This document shows positions 19,094-28,857 of a DNA stretch of 64,000 nt, piece by piece (position 1 is the stretch's first letter; every line of letters starts with the position of its first letter). Where the stretch lies: positions 1 through 64,000 of the IMG/VR virus record IMGVR_UViG_3300017917_001996. One strand, 5' to 3'. The notes beneath the pieces were generated by a model that had not been told where the DNA came from, made no database searches, and saw only the letters and a list, made by a program, of their open reading frames with translations. The position numbers and the translations under genes were made by a program.

Positions 19094-19101
19094 TATAAAT
19101 A
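19094..19101 (+). promoter_or_regulatory. T4-like late promoter TATAAATA (also 4811, 27915, 57853, 61319; CTAAATA variants at 13933, 16022, 31984, 53351, 59799, 61181)
   Basis: Exact T4 late consensus upstream of the structural operon; recurs before gene starts. Confidence 0.75.
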
Positions 19102-19124
19102 TACTATTATGGGGAAATTCTATA

Positions 19125-21119
19125 ATGGCTGCACCAATATGGACTACTAATAGCAGTCTTGGTATCGTAAAACACCTAAGCCCTTGCAATAAATCATTAG
19201 ACGCTACAGGAGCAAATAGTTACAGTTTAGTATCTGGACAATTGCCTCCGGGACTAAGCGTGGCCTCAAACGGATTAATTTCAGGCACCCCGCGATTAGA
19301 TGACATTATTGCCAATACACAAGGTACAACTTTTACATTTACAGTAAGGGCCATTAACAACAGCGGATTCTCTAATAGAACATTTACCTTAGATGTTGTT
19401 GTCAACGATCTTTATGTACCCGAAAACTTTACAATGCCACGTTGTCGCATTGGATCAAATTTTTTGCAGTATCAGATACCCCGAGGTGATACAAGTATAT
19501 CAGCTAATAGAATTTGGAGAGTAAGCGAAGGAAATTTACCTCCGGGTACTACACTTAATCCAATTGGTACTCTTGAAATGTTACCCGGATATAACATATA
19601 TCCTTTTAAACGAGAACAATTCATTAAATCAACTGTTGATGCTAATGGTATTCCTAGTTTAAGTCAAGCGTCGTGGGATACCTGGATGGCAGAATTCTTG
19701 TCTACAGTTAAAGAAAAAGATTACCAATTTCGCTTAACATTATCAGACAATGTTAATCCTGCTACATTATCTATTACATGTAGAGTACTGATAGTGCCGC
19801 CACCAGTTTCGTCTGAATGGTTTCAAACTAATGCCGCATATTTAAACTTACCAATTGGGCAAGAATACATCTTCTTTGCTATCTCTGATATGGATTATAT
19901 CTATTGGAATACTGATAGTAACCTAGGAAGTGTATATAACGGATCATTAAGTGAATTAGGAATTAGTGCTACTTGCAATACCGACAAGGAATTACTCTAC
20001 AGCATTAAACCGTCGGTTACCAGTAAGCTACCACAGCAATTAACTTTATTAGATAATGGACTAATCACTGGGCGTGTTAGCTTTAGATGTTATCAAGACG
20101 ACCCAGTGAGTGTTCCACCTAATGATAATTATACATTTACTATACGTGCGTCAACAGCGGATAGATTTACCTATACAGAAAAAACATTTAATCTTCATGT
20201 TATAAGGTACCACGACAAACCTTATAACAATATTTGGTCAAGATCATTTCCTACGCCAAACCAACGCACCAGGTTCGACACATTGATCAAAGACCCAACG
20301 TTCTTTCCTGATAAGTTTTTATACAGAGCTGCCGACAAGTATTTTGGCAAAGCTAGACATCTTAGATTTTTATTAGCTGCCGGTGTTCCTCCTGCAACCA
20401 CTGAAGAGTACTATTCTCTAATTGTAAACAACCACTACAATAAAGTTGTTCTATTCGGTGACGTTAAAACAGCAATTTCATACGATGAAAACTTTAACGT
20501 CAAATACGAAGTGGTATATGTGCCACTAATAGATTTTTCTCAAATTACTAACCTTAAAACAAATAGTGTTATATCTCAGCCCAACATTATCGACCTTAGA
20601 AATTATGTAAGAAATTTTTATTACAAAGATGAGCAGATATATTACGAGTTTGAACCCAACGGTATCGAAAATATGCGTCGGGCTATCGGTTACAGTGGGT
20701 ATTCCGACACAGGTATATTACCGAGTTGGATGACTAGTATTCAACCTATACCAAACCTAATCGGACAGTTTAACAGTCCACCAGGCTTTGTGGCGTGTGT
20801 GGTGTTAGCGTACACTATACCAGGTTCTAGTGCTGCTATCGCTTACAGGCTTAAACAAGCAGGTATGAATTTTAACGAATTCAAATTTGAATTTGACAGA
20901 TACGAGCTGGATGACAACATGTCACGCAGTTACGATCTAACTACTAGTAGTTTTTTATCTCCTGGCACTGAAACCATTTTTGACAACGGAACAACTATAT
21001 TCGAAACAGGAGCTACTCGATTCAACCAAAACCTAGACTACAGTACTGAAATTAGCGATCGCGATCCAGATTTTGGCACTAAATATCTAAAGTTCCCAAA
21101 AACCGGAGTATTCGTTTAA
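19125..21119 (+). CDS. Virion structural protein with putative Ig (He_PIG) domains
   Basis: YSLVSGQLPPGLSVASNGLISGTP...FTFTVRA repeats. Confidence 0.75.
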   Translation: MAAPIWTTNSSLGIVKHLSPCNKSLDATGANSYSLVSGQLPPGLSVASNGLISGTPRLDDIIANTQGTTFTFTVRAINNSGFSNRTFTLDVVVNDLYVPENFTMPRCRIGSNFLQYQIPRGDTSISANRIWRVSEGNLPPGTTLNPIGTLEMLPGYNIYPFKREQFIKSTVDANGIPSLSQASWDTWMAEFLSTVKEKDYQFRLTLSDNVNPATLSITCRVLIVPPPVSSEWFQTNAAYLNLPIGQEYIFFAISDMDYIYWNTDSNLGSVYNGSLSELGISATCNTDKELLYSIKPSVTSKLPQQLTLLDNGLITGRVSFRCYQDDPVSVPPNDNYTFTIRASTADRFTYTEKTFNLHVIRYHDKPYNNIWSRSFPTPNQRTRFDTLIKDPTFFPDKFLYRAADKYFGKARHLRFLLAAGVPPATTEEYYSLIVNNHYNKVVLFGDVKTAISYDENFNVKYEVVYVPLIDFSQITNLKTNSVISQPNIIDLRNYVRNFYYKDEQIYYEFEPNGIENMRRAIGYSGYSDTGILPSWMTSIQPIPNLIGQFNSPPGFVACVVLAYTIPGSSAAIAYRLKQAGMNFNEFKFEFDRYELDDNMSRSYDLTTSSFLSPGTETIFDNGTTIFETGATRFNQNLDYSTEISDRDPDFGTKYLKFPKTGVFV

Positions 21120-21120
21120 C

Positions 21121-23316
21121 ATGGCCAGTAGCATTGACAGTTCAAGAATTGACGCGACCTTTCCTCGCGCTGGCCAAAATAATGATAGTCAAGGATTCAG
21201 AGATAACTTTGCTAACATTAAGGCGGCGATCAGCACCACTAATAATGAAATAACTGAACTACAAGAAAAAGCAGTTCTAAAAAGTCCCCTAACTGGCAGT
21301 ACCGGTGTTGACAACAACATGAACTGGCAAGACATAACTCGCCTACAGTTAAAAGCCTTTAGTGAAACGTATGTAGATGTCGGAGTAGTGTCAGACTATT
21401 ATGAAGTAAATTATGTCGATGGCACACTACAGCGTTTAAAACTTACACAGGATTTATTGCTTGATTTTTCGAACTTTCCTCCGGTTGGACAGTTTGGACG
21501 TTTAAAAATTTGGTTTGCCGTAGACAATAAGAACTACAGAGTTATACTCCCAGAATCGGTAATTTACGGAACAAACAATTTACAGATTGTTAACCAAAGA
21601 ATCATTTTCCCTGAAGTTGGCGATTTTTTACTTGAAATAGGATCAGTGGACCATGGCATGACGTTCTGGTTCATTGATTTTGCCAACCTCGGAGGATCAG
21701 GCGGTGGAAGGCTAGGAGCAACTGGTGCCACCGGTCCTATAGGTCCAACTGGTCCACAGGGTCCAACTGGTCAATTTGGCGGCTTAACACTAGCTTATCG
21801 TTACAGAAACATAACTGCTAATGCATGGCCCGGTGATGGTTACATTGCATTTAACGAAGAAAACATTTCTACTGCTACAGAAATGTATGTTAGTGACAAA
21901 GACATTGATGCAAACATTGTTGAGATGTTTTTAAGAACTATCGACGACAGCACAAATCCAATTAAAGGTCACTTTAAGATTACTCGTAAACTAGACGAAA
22001 GCGCCTATGCTGTCTTTACCATAAATGCAATTAACCAAGAGAACTCAAATTACTTTGCTATATCGTGTAGCTATGTAGATGGATACTCTACCATTGACAA
22101 TACCGACGAAGTATTTGTTACTTTTGCTAGAACAGGCGACGTAGGCCCTATAGGGTCAACTGGTGCTACTGGTCCACAAGGTATCCCGGGAACAGCAGTT
22201 TATCGTGGTGCCACCGGAGCAACAGGTCCTCTTGGTGCTACCGGATTGACTGGGCCTGTTGGACCTGTTGGTGCCACTGGCGTACAAGGTATTCCAGGGC
22301 CAATGGGTTTTGAAGGATATACAGGTAGTCGAGGCTTTACAGGTAGCCAAGGTGAAACAGGTTACGTTGGCAGTCAAGGACTAGATGGTGCTGCCGCAGC
22401 AGTTGGATATGTTGGCAGCGAAGGCGCTACAGGACCGTACGGATACACTGGTAGCCAGGGTATCCCCGGAGTTGCTGCATGGCGTGGCGCAACTGGTGCT
22501 ACAGGTATACGCGGTTCAACTGGTCCAATTGGTGCCACTGGCCCACAAGGTGCACCTGGCGGCTATACTGGTAGTCAAGGCGACTTTGGTTATACTGGTA
22601 GCATTGGCACAGGATATACCGGTAGCGTAGGCGAAAGTTCCTTTACATGGGGACCAACACCGCCCGAGGATCCAGCAATAGGTGACCGCTGGTACGATAG
22701 TATTACCGGAGCAGAAGTAGTCTGGACCAGCGACGGGAATACACAACAATGGGTTGAAATTTCAGCATCAGGCTTCTTGGGCAGACCGGGTTATACTGGT
22801 AGTCGTGGTGTATTAGGATTTACAGGTAGTCAAGGCAATACAGGTTTTACTGGCCCAATTGGTTATACTGGTAGCCAAGGCATTCCGGGTCAATATGCTG
22901 CTTTAGGCTATACAGGTAGCCAAGGTAGTTTCCCTAATAGGGTAGTTGTTACCGGTATAACACCTTTATTACCCGCTGACACCAATGATACAATTAACAT
23001 CACCGGTTTCAAAGGCTATATGTTATATAAAGTCACTGTAATTGGTGCACCTGCATGGGTGCAGATCTATAACAACGATTCTAATAGAATTGCCGATGCA
23101 CAAAGGCCAAATTGGACAGCACCTCAACCAAATATAGGCTTAATAACCGAGGTAACAACAACACAAGCAAACCAAACAGTGTCGTTTACACCTGCGCTAT
23201 TTGGTTACAACGATGAAACTCCAGTTACCACTAATATTCCATTGCGTGTAACAAACAGAGGTTCGTCGCCTGCAACTATTACAGTTGCACTAACTTTAGT
23301 TAAAGCAGAAGCATAA
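21121..23316 (+). CDS. Collagen-like tail fibre protein
   Basis: NDSQGFRDNF N-terminus; long GATG/GYTGSQG Gly-X-Y repeats. Confidence 0.8.
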   Translation: MASSIDSSRIDATFPRAGQNNDSQGFRDNFANIKAAISTTNNEITELQEKAVLKSPLTGSTGVDNNMNWQDITRLQLKAFSETYVDVGVVSDYYEVNYVDGTLQRLKLTQDLLLDFSNFPPVGQFGRLKIWFAVDNKNYRVILPESVIYGTNNLQIVNQRIIFPEVGDFLLEIGSVDHGMTFWFIDFANLGGSGGGRLGATGATGPIGPTGPQGPTGQFGGLTLAYRYRNITANAWPGDGYIAFNEENISTATEMYVSDKDIDANIVEMFLRTIDDSTNPIKGHFKITRKLDESAYAVFTINAINQENSNYFAISCSYVDGYSTIDNTDEVFVTFARTGDVGPIGSTGATGPQGIPGTAVYRGATGATGPLGATGLTGPVGPVGATGVQGIPGPMGFEGYTGSRGFTGSQGETGYVGSQGLDGAAAAVGYVGSEGATGPYGYTGSQGIPGVAAWRGATGATGIRGSTGPIGATGPQGAPGGYTGSQGDFGYTGSIGTGYTGSVGESSFTWGPTPPEDPAIGDRWYDSITGAEVVWTSDGNTQQWVEISASGFLGRPGYTGSRGVLGFTGSQGNTGFTGPIGYTGSQGIPGQYAALGYTGSQGSFPNRVVVTGITPLLPADTNDTINITGFKGYMLYKVTVIGAPAWVQIYNNDSNRIADAQRPNWTAPQPNIGLITEVTTTQANQTVSFTPALFGYNDETPVTTNIPLRVTNRGSSPATITVALTLVKAEA

Positions 23317-23328
23317 CCAGGATAACAT

Positions 23329-24435
23329 ATGTCTGTTAATTTTCCAGTAAACCCTCTAATGAATCAAGTCTATACAAACCTTGATAGGTCTTGGACGTGG
23401 AACGGACGGTTCTGGCAAGCTACTAGCACAACAGTTGGATACTCTGGTAGTCAAGGCAATATAGGTTACACAGGCAGCGAGGGTATCCAAGGCAATATAG
23501 GTTATACGGGCAGCGAGGGTATCCAAGGCAATATAGGTTATACGGGCAGTCAAGGTGTAGGTTACACTGGCAGTCGCGGTCCTATAGGATATACAGGTAG
23601 TGCAGTAGATACCAGCGGGTTTATTAAATATGATCCCGACGGCGACGGAATATGTGTATCCTACAGCGATCAGAACCCAACGATTAACGGCATATCATGT
23701 AACGGTGGTTGGATTTTTGGTGCCGATGGCAACTTTAATTCTGGTATGCTCGAAGCCAAGATTATTAATGCTAGAAATGGAAGTATTAACAGTTCTGGTG
23801 GTTATTACGTTGGAACTATAAATCCTTTAGAGGATCCCAATGCAGGAACCTACACTAGTAAACAAGTAATCTCTGCAGATGGATTGATAATGCCATCCGC
23901 TGGCAATGCTGCTACCAATGGAATTAAGTTTCCTAACGATCCTGGCACCGGAACCGGTGACACTGCTTGGATAAGATATTATGCTTTTTCCGGAGAGAAC
24001 ACTAATTTAGAAATTGGTATTTCTGACGACGGTGACGATAGCATTAATTTTGTTACCCCACGTGGTGTAGGAATTAACAGACAAAACCCGTCCGAAGCAT
24101 TGCATGTTACAGGAAATATCTTAGCTACTGGAACTATTAATTCTTCTAGCGATGCTAGACTAAAAACCAATGTAAGAACTATCGACAATCCCTTAAAGAT
24201 AGTTACTAATCTAAGAGGTGTGTTGTACACTACTTTGGACAATAGAGATGGTACCGGTGTTATTGCACAAGAAGTTGAGCAGGTTATGCCATGTCTTGTA
24301 AGCACCGATCGAGACGGAATGAAAAATGTCAGTTACGGAAACTTTGCTGGCATATTGATTGAAAGCATAAAAGAGCTTACTAGCCAAATCGAAGAGCTAC
24401 GGGCCGAAGTAAATCGACTAAAAGGTAATAGTTGA
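23329..24435 (+). CDS. Tail fibre with C-terminal intramolecular chaperone (peptidase S74)
   Basis: SSDARLKTNV...GVIAQEVE...coiled-coil end; GYTGS repeats. Confidence 0.85.
   Translation: MSVNFPVNPLMNQVYTNLDRSWTWNGRFWQATSTTVGYSGSQGNIGYTGSEGIQGNIGYTGSEGIQGNIGYTGSQGVGYTGSRGPIGYTGSAVDTSGFIKYDPDGDGICVSYSDQNPTINGISCNGGWIFGADGNFNSGMLEAKIINARNGSINSSGGYYVGTINPLEDPNAGTYTSKQVISADGLIMPSAGNAATNGIKFPNDPGTGTGDTAWIRYYAFSGENTNLEIGISDDGDDSINFVTPRGVGINRQNPSEALHVTGNILATGTINSSSDARLKTNVRTIDNPLKIVTNLRGVLYTTLDNRDGTGVIAQEVEQVMPCLVSTDRDGMKNVSYGNFAGILIESIKELTSQIEELRAEVNRLKGNS
23452..23549 (+). repeat. 36-bp in-frame tandem repeat, about 2.7 copies (QGNIGYTGSEGI)
   Basis: CAAGGCAATATAGGTTAYACRGGCAGCGAGGGTATC at 23452, 23488 and 23524. 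Confidence 0.9.
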
Positions 24436-24460
24436 CTTTGCCGTTTTGATCCTCTATAAT
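24432..24460 (+). promoter_or_regulatory. Sigma70-like promoter
   Basis: TTGACT-N17-TATAAT. Confidence 0.8.
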
Positions 24461-24479
24461 CCTTGATAAGGAGTTATAC

Positions 24480-24914
24480 ATGCAGATCGATCTAAACAAA
24501 TATCAAGAATTCGTAAAAGTAGTTACTAGCAAGCCAAGTAACGATTTAACCACATTTATGAGCCGCTTAGACGAGCTCGATGGCAATTTTGATTCTGAAA
24601 AGAACGAACACGGACCAGACATTAATGTACCATTGCTATTAACAGCAGCACTAGGATTAGCAGCCGAAACTGGTGAGTTCTGCGAAATCCCAAAGAAGAT
24701 GTTTTTTCAAGGGAAACCTTTGAACAGTGAAAACGTCTTTCATATGAAACGTGAACTCGGTGATGTTATGTGGTACTGGATTAACGCATGTCGTGCATTA
24801 GATCTAGATCCTAACGACGTCATTGCCGAAAATGTTAAAAAACTAGAAGCACGTTACCCAGGCGGTAGCTTTGATCCATATTACAGCGAAAATCGAAAAG
24901 AAGGTGACTTATGA
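24480..24914 (+). CDS. MazG-like nucleotide pyrophosphohydrolase
   Basis: GLAAETGEFCEIPKK...ELGDVMWY...NVKKLEARYP. Confidence 0.9.
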   Translation: MQIDLNKYQEFVKVVTSKPSNDLTTFMSRLDELDGNFDSEKNEHGPDINVPLLLTAALGLAAETGEFCEIPKKMFFQGKPLNSENVFHMKRELGDVMWYWINACRALDLDPNDVIAENVKKLEARYPGGSFDPYYSENRKEGDL

Positions 24915-25060
24915 AATTACCATTTATAGGACTAATGGGTGTAGACAGCAACAATGTACTCTACACACCCAGCGGTGAAAGACTGTTTAGAGTACCCGAG
25001 TGGGCTGCTTGGCGTATTCAACACATCCAACACTGGATTGCACAAAAAACCTGGAGGTGA
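24911..25060 (+). CDS. 49-aa hypothetical protein (absent from the ORF track)
   Basis: ATGA overlap with the upstream gene; MKLPFIGLMG...QKTWR; ends 1 nt before the next ATG. Confidence 0.6.
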   Translation: MKLPFIGLMGVDSNNVLYTPSGERLFRVPEWAAWRIQHIQHWIAQKTWR

Positions 25061-25061
25061 T

Positions 25062-25301
25062 ATGCATCCGTTAACACAAGATTTATCTGGACTATCGATG
25101 GAAGAGTTGCAAAACAAATACAACGATCTCTCTAAGAAATATGCACAGGCTTGGCGCATGGGCACTCATAGTGTTCTAGGACAAATGCAAATGGTTATGG
25201 AAGATTATAAACAAGAACTTGCCCGTAGACATCAAGCATTGCTTGACGAAGCTAGCAGTAAAAGTAATAATTTCAAGAATCTAATCGATATTAAAAAATG
25301 A
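25062..25301 (+). CDS. Hypothetical helical protein
   Basis: GGAGG RBS before ATG 25062. Confidence 0.65.
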   Translation: MHPLTQDLSGLSMEELQNKYNDLSKKYAQAWRMGTHSVLGQMQMVMEDYKQELARRHQALLDEASSKSNNFKNLIDIKK

Positions 25302-25819
25302 AGTATGACCAATTAGGTAGGCCATTTGTTAACGAAGACGAACTTTGTGATATGCTATATCACAATGCAGACCTACCTTTGGATAACTTCCTAGTTGTTG
25401 ATCCGGAACAGTATAATCAAAGCGTTAAGACACTATTTGCTGACTTACCAAGTCTACAAAAATATCAAGAACTTGATGTCGATATCGAAGAATTCGACAA
25501 CCTAAACCAAGACCATTGGTCAATGCCAGAAGAATATAAAAACTTTGATATTGCACAATGGATACTTGATCAATGTAAAACTGAGCACGAGCTACAGCGA
25601 GTTGGTCAAGAGTTATTGCTATTCCAAGAGAAAAATCTATTTTCTCTGCTACAGTACCTTAAATATCTAGTAGACACCATGCGCCAGCACAATATAGTAT
25701 GGGGTGTAGGCCGTGGTAGTAGTGTAGCCAGTTATGTACTATATTTGATTGGTGTGCACCACATTGATTCGATTTATTACGATTTACCCATAGAAGAATT
25801 TTTAAAGGAAACAAAATGA
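25298..25819 (+). CDS. Stand-alone fragment of a DNA polymerase III alpha (DnaE)-like protein
   Basis: YLVDTMRQHNIVWGVGRGSSVASYVLYLIGVHHID...FL matches the DnaE GRGS segment. Confidence 0.8.
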   Translation: MKYDQLGRPFVNEDELCDMLYHNADLPLDNFLVVDPEQYNQSVKTLFADLPSLQKYQELDVDIEEFDNLNQDHWSMPEEYKNFDIAQWILDQCKTEHELQRVGQELLLFQEKNLFSLLQYLKYLVDTMRQHNIVWGVGRGSSVASYVLYLIGVHHIDSIYYDLPIEEFLKETK

Positions 25820-26133
25820 GTAAAGCATATAGAACTGCACGTGGTGTAGTTATTGATATGGACCAACTTCGTCTGAACAACGAAGAATCTATTGCAGTCG
25901 GGAACATGAAAGTCAATGCTCGAGGCGACGAGCTTGGCCCAGGCGGTGAAGTAATTCGCACACGCAACGAAGTTATGAATGATTACTATAACTTAAATAC
26001 TCCCGTAGCAACTTCTGCTCCACGTATCGTTGCCGACGAAACTGAATTAGAACCAAAGCCAGCGCCTGCGCCCGAACCTGGAGCATTGCGTGGTAGCCTA
26101 GCAGATTTAGTTTCTAAAACCGAAAAGAAATAA
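25816..26133 (+). CDS. Phage hypothetical protein
   Basis: AVGNMKVNARGDELGPGG motif; translationally coupled ORF. Confidence 0.65.
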   Translation: MSKAYRTARGVVIDMDQLRLNNEESIAVGNMKVNARGDELGPGGEVIRTRNEVMNDYYNLNTPVATSAPRIVADETELEPKPAPAPEPGALRGSLADLVSKTEKK

Positions 26134-26136
26134 TAT

Positions 26137-26511
26137 ATGTCAGTACCTGTAAGACACAAAGTTTCAACCCTACGCCCCTTAACTGACACTGTTCTTGTGT
26201 CAGATATGAACTTCAAAGAGCGCTTTACTAGCAGTGGTATTGTACTACTAGGTGACGATGGTAAAACATCGGGTATCAGACCACGTTGGGGACGAGTATT
26301 TGCTATCGGGCCAGAACAAAAAGATGTTCGAGTCGGCGACTGGGTTTTTATAGCACACGGACGTTGGACACGTGGGTTAGAAATCGAAACCGATGAAGGA
26401 CAATTTACTATTCGAAAAGTAGATCCAAACGACATTATGTTAATTTCAGACGAACAGCCAGCCGATGACACAATAAGCACTGCCATCCAAGCCGAGCAAA
26501 AAACCCTTTGA
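26137..26511 (+). CDS. groES: GroES-like co-chaperonin
   Basis: LRPLTDTVLV...TSSGIVL...VFAIGP...VRVGDWV. Confidence 0.8.
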   Translation: MSVPVRHKVSTLRPLTDTVLVSDMNFKERFTSSGIVLLGDDGKTSGIRPRWGRVFAIGPEQKDVRVGDWVFIAHGRWTRGLEIETDEGQFTIRKVDPNDIMLISDEQPADDTISTAIQAEQKTL

Positions 26512-26567
26512 TCTTTATCTACAATTTGTGTTATCATACAGCATAACACTTTCAAGGACACACTCAC

Positions 26568-27503
26568 ATGCTAATGAATCAACTTTGGGTTGAGAAGTAT
26601 CGACCAAGCACTGTTGACGGTTATGTGTTTACAGACGAACACGTACAAGAACAAGTTGAACACTGGATTAAAACAGGAACCGTTCCACATCTATTGCTGC
26701 ACGGACCTGCGGGCACAGGCAAGACCACACTAGCCAAGATTCTAATTAACAACCTAGGTGTTGATGAATCTGATGTTATGTTTGCTAACGGTAGTAAGGA
26801 AGGTCGTCGCATTGAATGGGTTGACCGGCTAATTGGCTTTTGTCAAACTATGCCGTTTGGTCCATTTAAGATTGTCTTAATTGATGAAGCAGACTATTTG
26901 AACAAAGAATCTGTGCAGCCAGCTATGCGTAACTTGATGGAAGAATACGCAGACAATGTTAGGTTTATCTTAACTTGTAACTATGTTAACAAGATCATTC
27001 CACCGCTGAAAAGTCGCTGTCACGAAATCCACATTTCTAAAACAAATCAAACAGAATTCACTGCACGAGCTGCTACAGTACTAGTCGAAGAAGGCATTGA
27101 ATTTGATTTGGACACCCTTGACAGTTATGTTAAAGCAACTTATCCAGATTTGCGTAAGTGCTTGAACTTGCTACAAACAAACAGCGTATCTGGCAAGCTA
27201 AACCAGCCAAGAGAAACTGGTGGTGTTGCTGGCGACTTTAAACTAGATGCCGTTAACTTGTTTAAGTCGGGTCGCTTCCGTCAAGCTCGCGAACTAATTT
27301 GCAATCAAGTTGATCCTGGAGAAATGGACGAAGTATATCGTTGGATGTACGACAATCTAGACTTATGGAGTTCAACGCAAGAAGGCCAAGACGAAGCAAT
27401 CATTATCATACGCCGCGGACTAGTTAATCATTCAATCTGTGCTGATGCAGAAATTAATCTCAGCGCCACAATAACAGAACTCATTTCACTCAATAAGGAA
27501 TAA
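26568..27503 (+). CDS. Clamp loader AAA+ subunit (RFC / T4 gp44-like)
   Basis: WVEKYRP, GPAGTGKT, LIDEAD, FILTCNY, SRC. Confidence 0.92.
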   Translation: MLMNQLWVEKYRPSTVDGYVFTDEHVQEQVEHWIKTGTVPHLLLHGPAGTGKTTLAKILINNLGVDESDVMFANGSKEGRRIEWVDRLIGFCQTMPFGPFKIVLIDEADYLNKESVQPAMRNLMEEYADNVRFILTCNYVNKIIPPLKSRCHEIHISKTNQTEFTARAATVLVEEGIEFDLDTLDSYVKATYPDLRKCLNLLQTNSVSGKLNQPRETGGVAGDFKLDAVNLFKSGRFRQARELICNQVDPGEMDEVYRWMYDNLDLWSSTQEGQDEAIIIIRRGLVNHSICADAEINLSATITELISLNKE

Positions 27504-27505
27504 AA

Positions 27506-27919
27506 ATGTCATCAAAAAGTATCTATCTGGTTGCTACCTACTACATGAAACCCCGCAGTCGGGTAAACACACAACTTAAAGGTTGGATGAATGATCAAGA
27601 AAATATTGCCTATGACGAAAAAGTCGACATTACCCGAAATCTTAAAAAGTCAGATCTGAGCACAGCCAAGGTTATTTTAGACCTTAAAAAGAAATCTGTT
27701 GTGCGTAATGGATGGAACAACGATTTAGACTTTGATAAGATCTTTGAATACTTCCACAACGGGTATCCTCAATATACTAATTCTGTCATGGGCGAATTAG
27801 ATCCTGAGTACCTAAAGAAATTTGAAAAGCCGGCTACGGCTAATTCTGAGTTATCTATTTCTGCGCCCGACTCTGAAGTAGTCGAAATAGACACTAGCAC
27901 AGAAGCCAAGGTTCTATAA
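27506..27919 (+). CDS. Hypothetical protein
   Basis: Tightly packed ORF. Confidence 0.65.
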   Translation: MSSKSIYLVATYYMKPRSRVNTQLKGWMNDQENIAYDEKVDITRNLKKSDLSTAKVILDLKKKSVVRNGWNNDLDFDKIFEYFHNGYPQYTNSVMGELDPEYLKKFEKPATANSELSISAPDSEVVEIDTSTEAKVL

Positions 27920-27926
27920 ATACTGC

Positions 27927-28172
27927 ATGAATCCACTATTTCTTAAGAAACTTGCAGCCAAGAAAAAGCGTGAGCGAGACCCAAACGCTCCGCCTCCTCC
28001 TACACTACTAGGACAGGTTAAAGAGCTTCGTTTAACTCGCGAAGAAACTCAACGTATTAATCTTGAGTTGCAAGTTCTTAGGCAAAGGATTGAGCAGTTA
28101 GAATCAAAAAATAGAAGACTCGAGATGTATATGGATACCGTTCGAGGTTGGGTCAACAAACTGCGAAAATAA
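27927..28172 (+). CDS. Hypothetical coiled-coil protein
   Basis: TATAAATA just upstream; heptad pattern. Confidence 0.6.
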   Translation: MNPLFLKKLAAKKKRERDPNAPPPPTLLGQVKELRLTREETQRINLELQVLRQRIEQLESKNRRLEMYMDTVRGWVNKLRK

Positions 28173-28175
28173 TTA

Positions 28176-28766
28176 ATGAAAAGCAAAATAATACTTACCG
28201 ATTGTGACGGTGTTATATTAGACTGGGAATATGCGTTCGACATCTGGATGCGACAGCACGGTTTCCGTAAAACCGAAGATGGGCACTTAAAATATAATAT
28301 CGGCCGTCGTTACGGTATCGATGCAGAACAAGGCAAAAAGCTAATTAAAATCTTTAACGAGTCTGCATCAATTGGATTCTTGCCAGCGTTGCGTGATGCA
28401 ATGTATTACGTTAAACGTTTACACGAAGAACACGGTTACGTATTTCATGCAATTACCAGCCTTAGCGAAGACGAAAACGCACAAGAACTGCGCCGCATGA
28501 ATGTCAGAAAACTGTTTGGCAACACAGCCTTTGAAAAGTTTATTATTCTAGACACAGGCGCAGATAAAGATCGGGCACTAAGCTACTACAAGGACACTGG
28601 CTACTATTGGGTCGAGGATAAGATCGATAATGCTTGTGTAGGCCATGAACTAGGCCTGCGTAGTCTGCTCATGGAACACGGTCACAATATGGACTACGAG
28701 CATCCAGAAATTCCCCGTGTAAAAAACTGGGCAGAAATATACAAAATAATTACAGAAAATAACTAA
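28176..28766 (+). CDS. HAD-family 5'(3')-deoxyribonucleotidase-like phosphatase
   Basis: LTDCDGVILDW, ITS, WVEDK. Confidence 0.85.
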   Translation: MKSKIILTDCDGVILDWEYAFDIWMRQHGFRKTEDGHLKYNIGRRYGIDAEQGKKLIKIFNESASIGFLPALRDAMYYVKRLHEEHGYVFHAITSLSEDENAQELRRMNVRKLFGNTAFEKFIILDTGADKDRALSYYKDTGYYWVEDKIDNACVGHELGLRSLLMEHGHNMDYEHPEIPRVKNWAEIYKIITENN

Positions 28767-28773
28767 AAACTGG

Positions 28774-28802
28774 TTGACAACCACCTAAAATGGTTGTATA
28801 AT
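28774..28802 (+). promoter_or_regulatory. Perfect-consensus sigma70 promoter
   Basis: TTGACA-N17-TATAAT. Confidence 0.9.
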
Positions 28803-28857
28803 TAGTACTGTTTATTAACCCAATCCCGCATTGTGTCGGGTAACGAAAGGAAGCAAA

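Noticed and set aside
21700-23600. GGTTATACTGGTAG-type repeats as a DNA-level element or DGR
   Set aside because: Explained by Gly-X-Y coding with variable wobble positions; no reverse transcriptase or adenine-specific TR/VR pair seen
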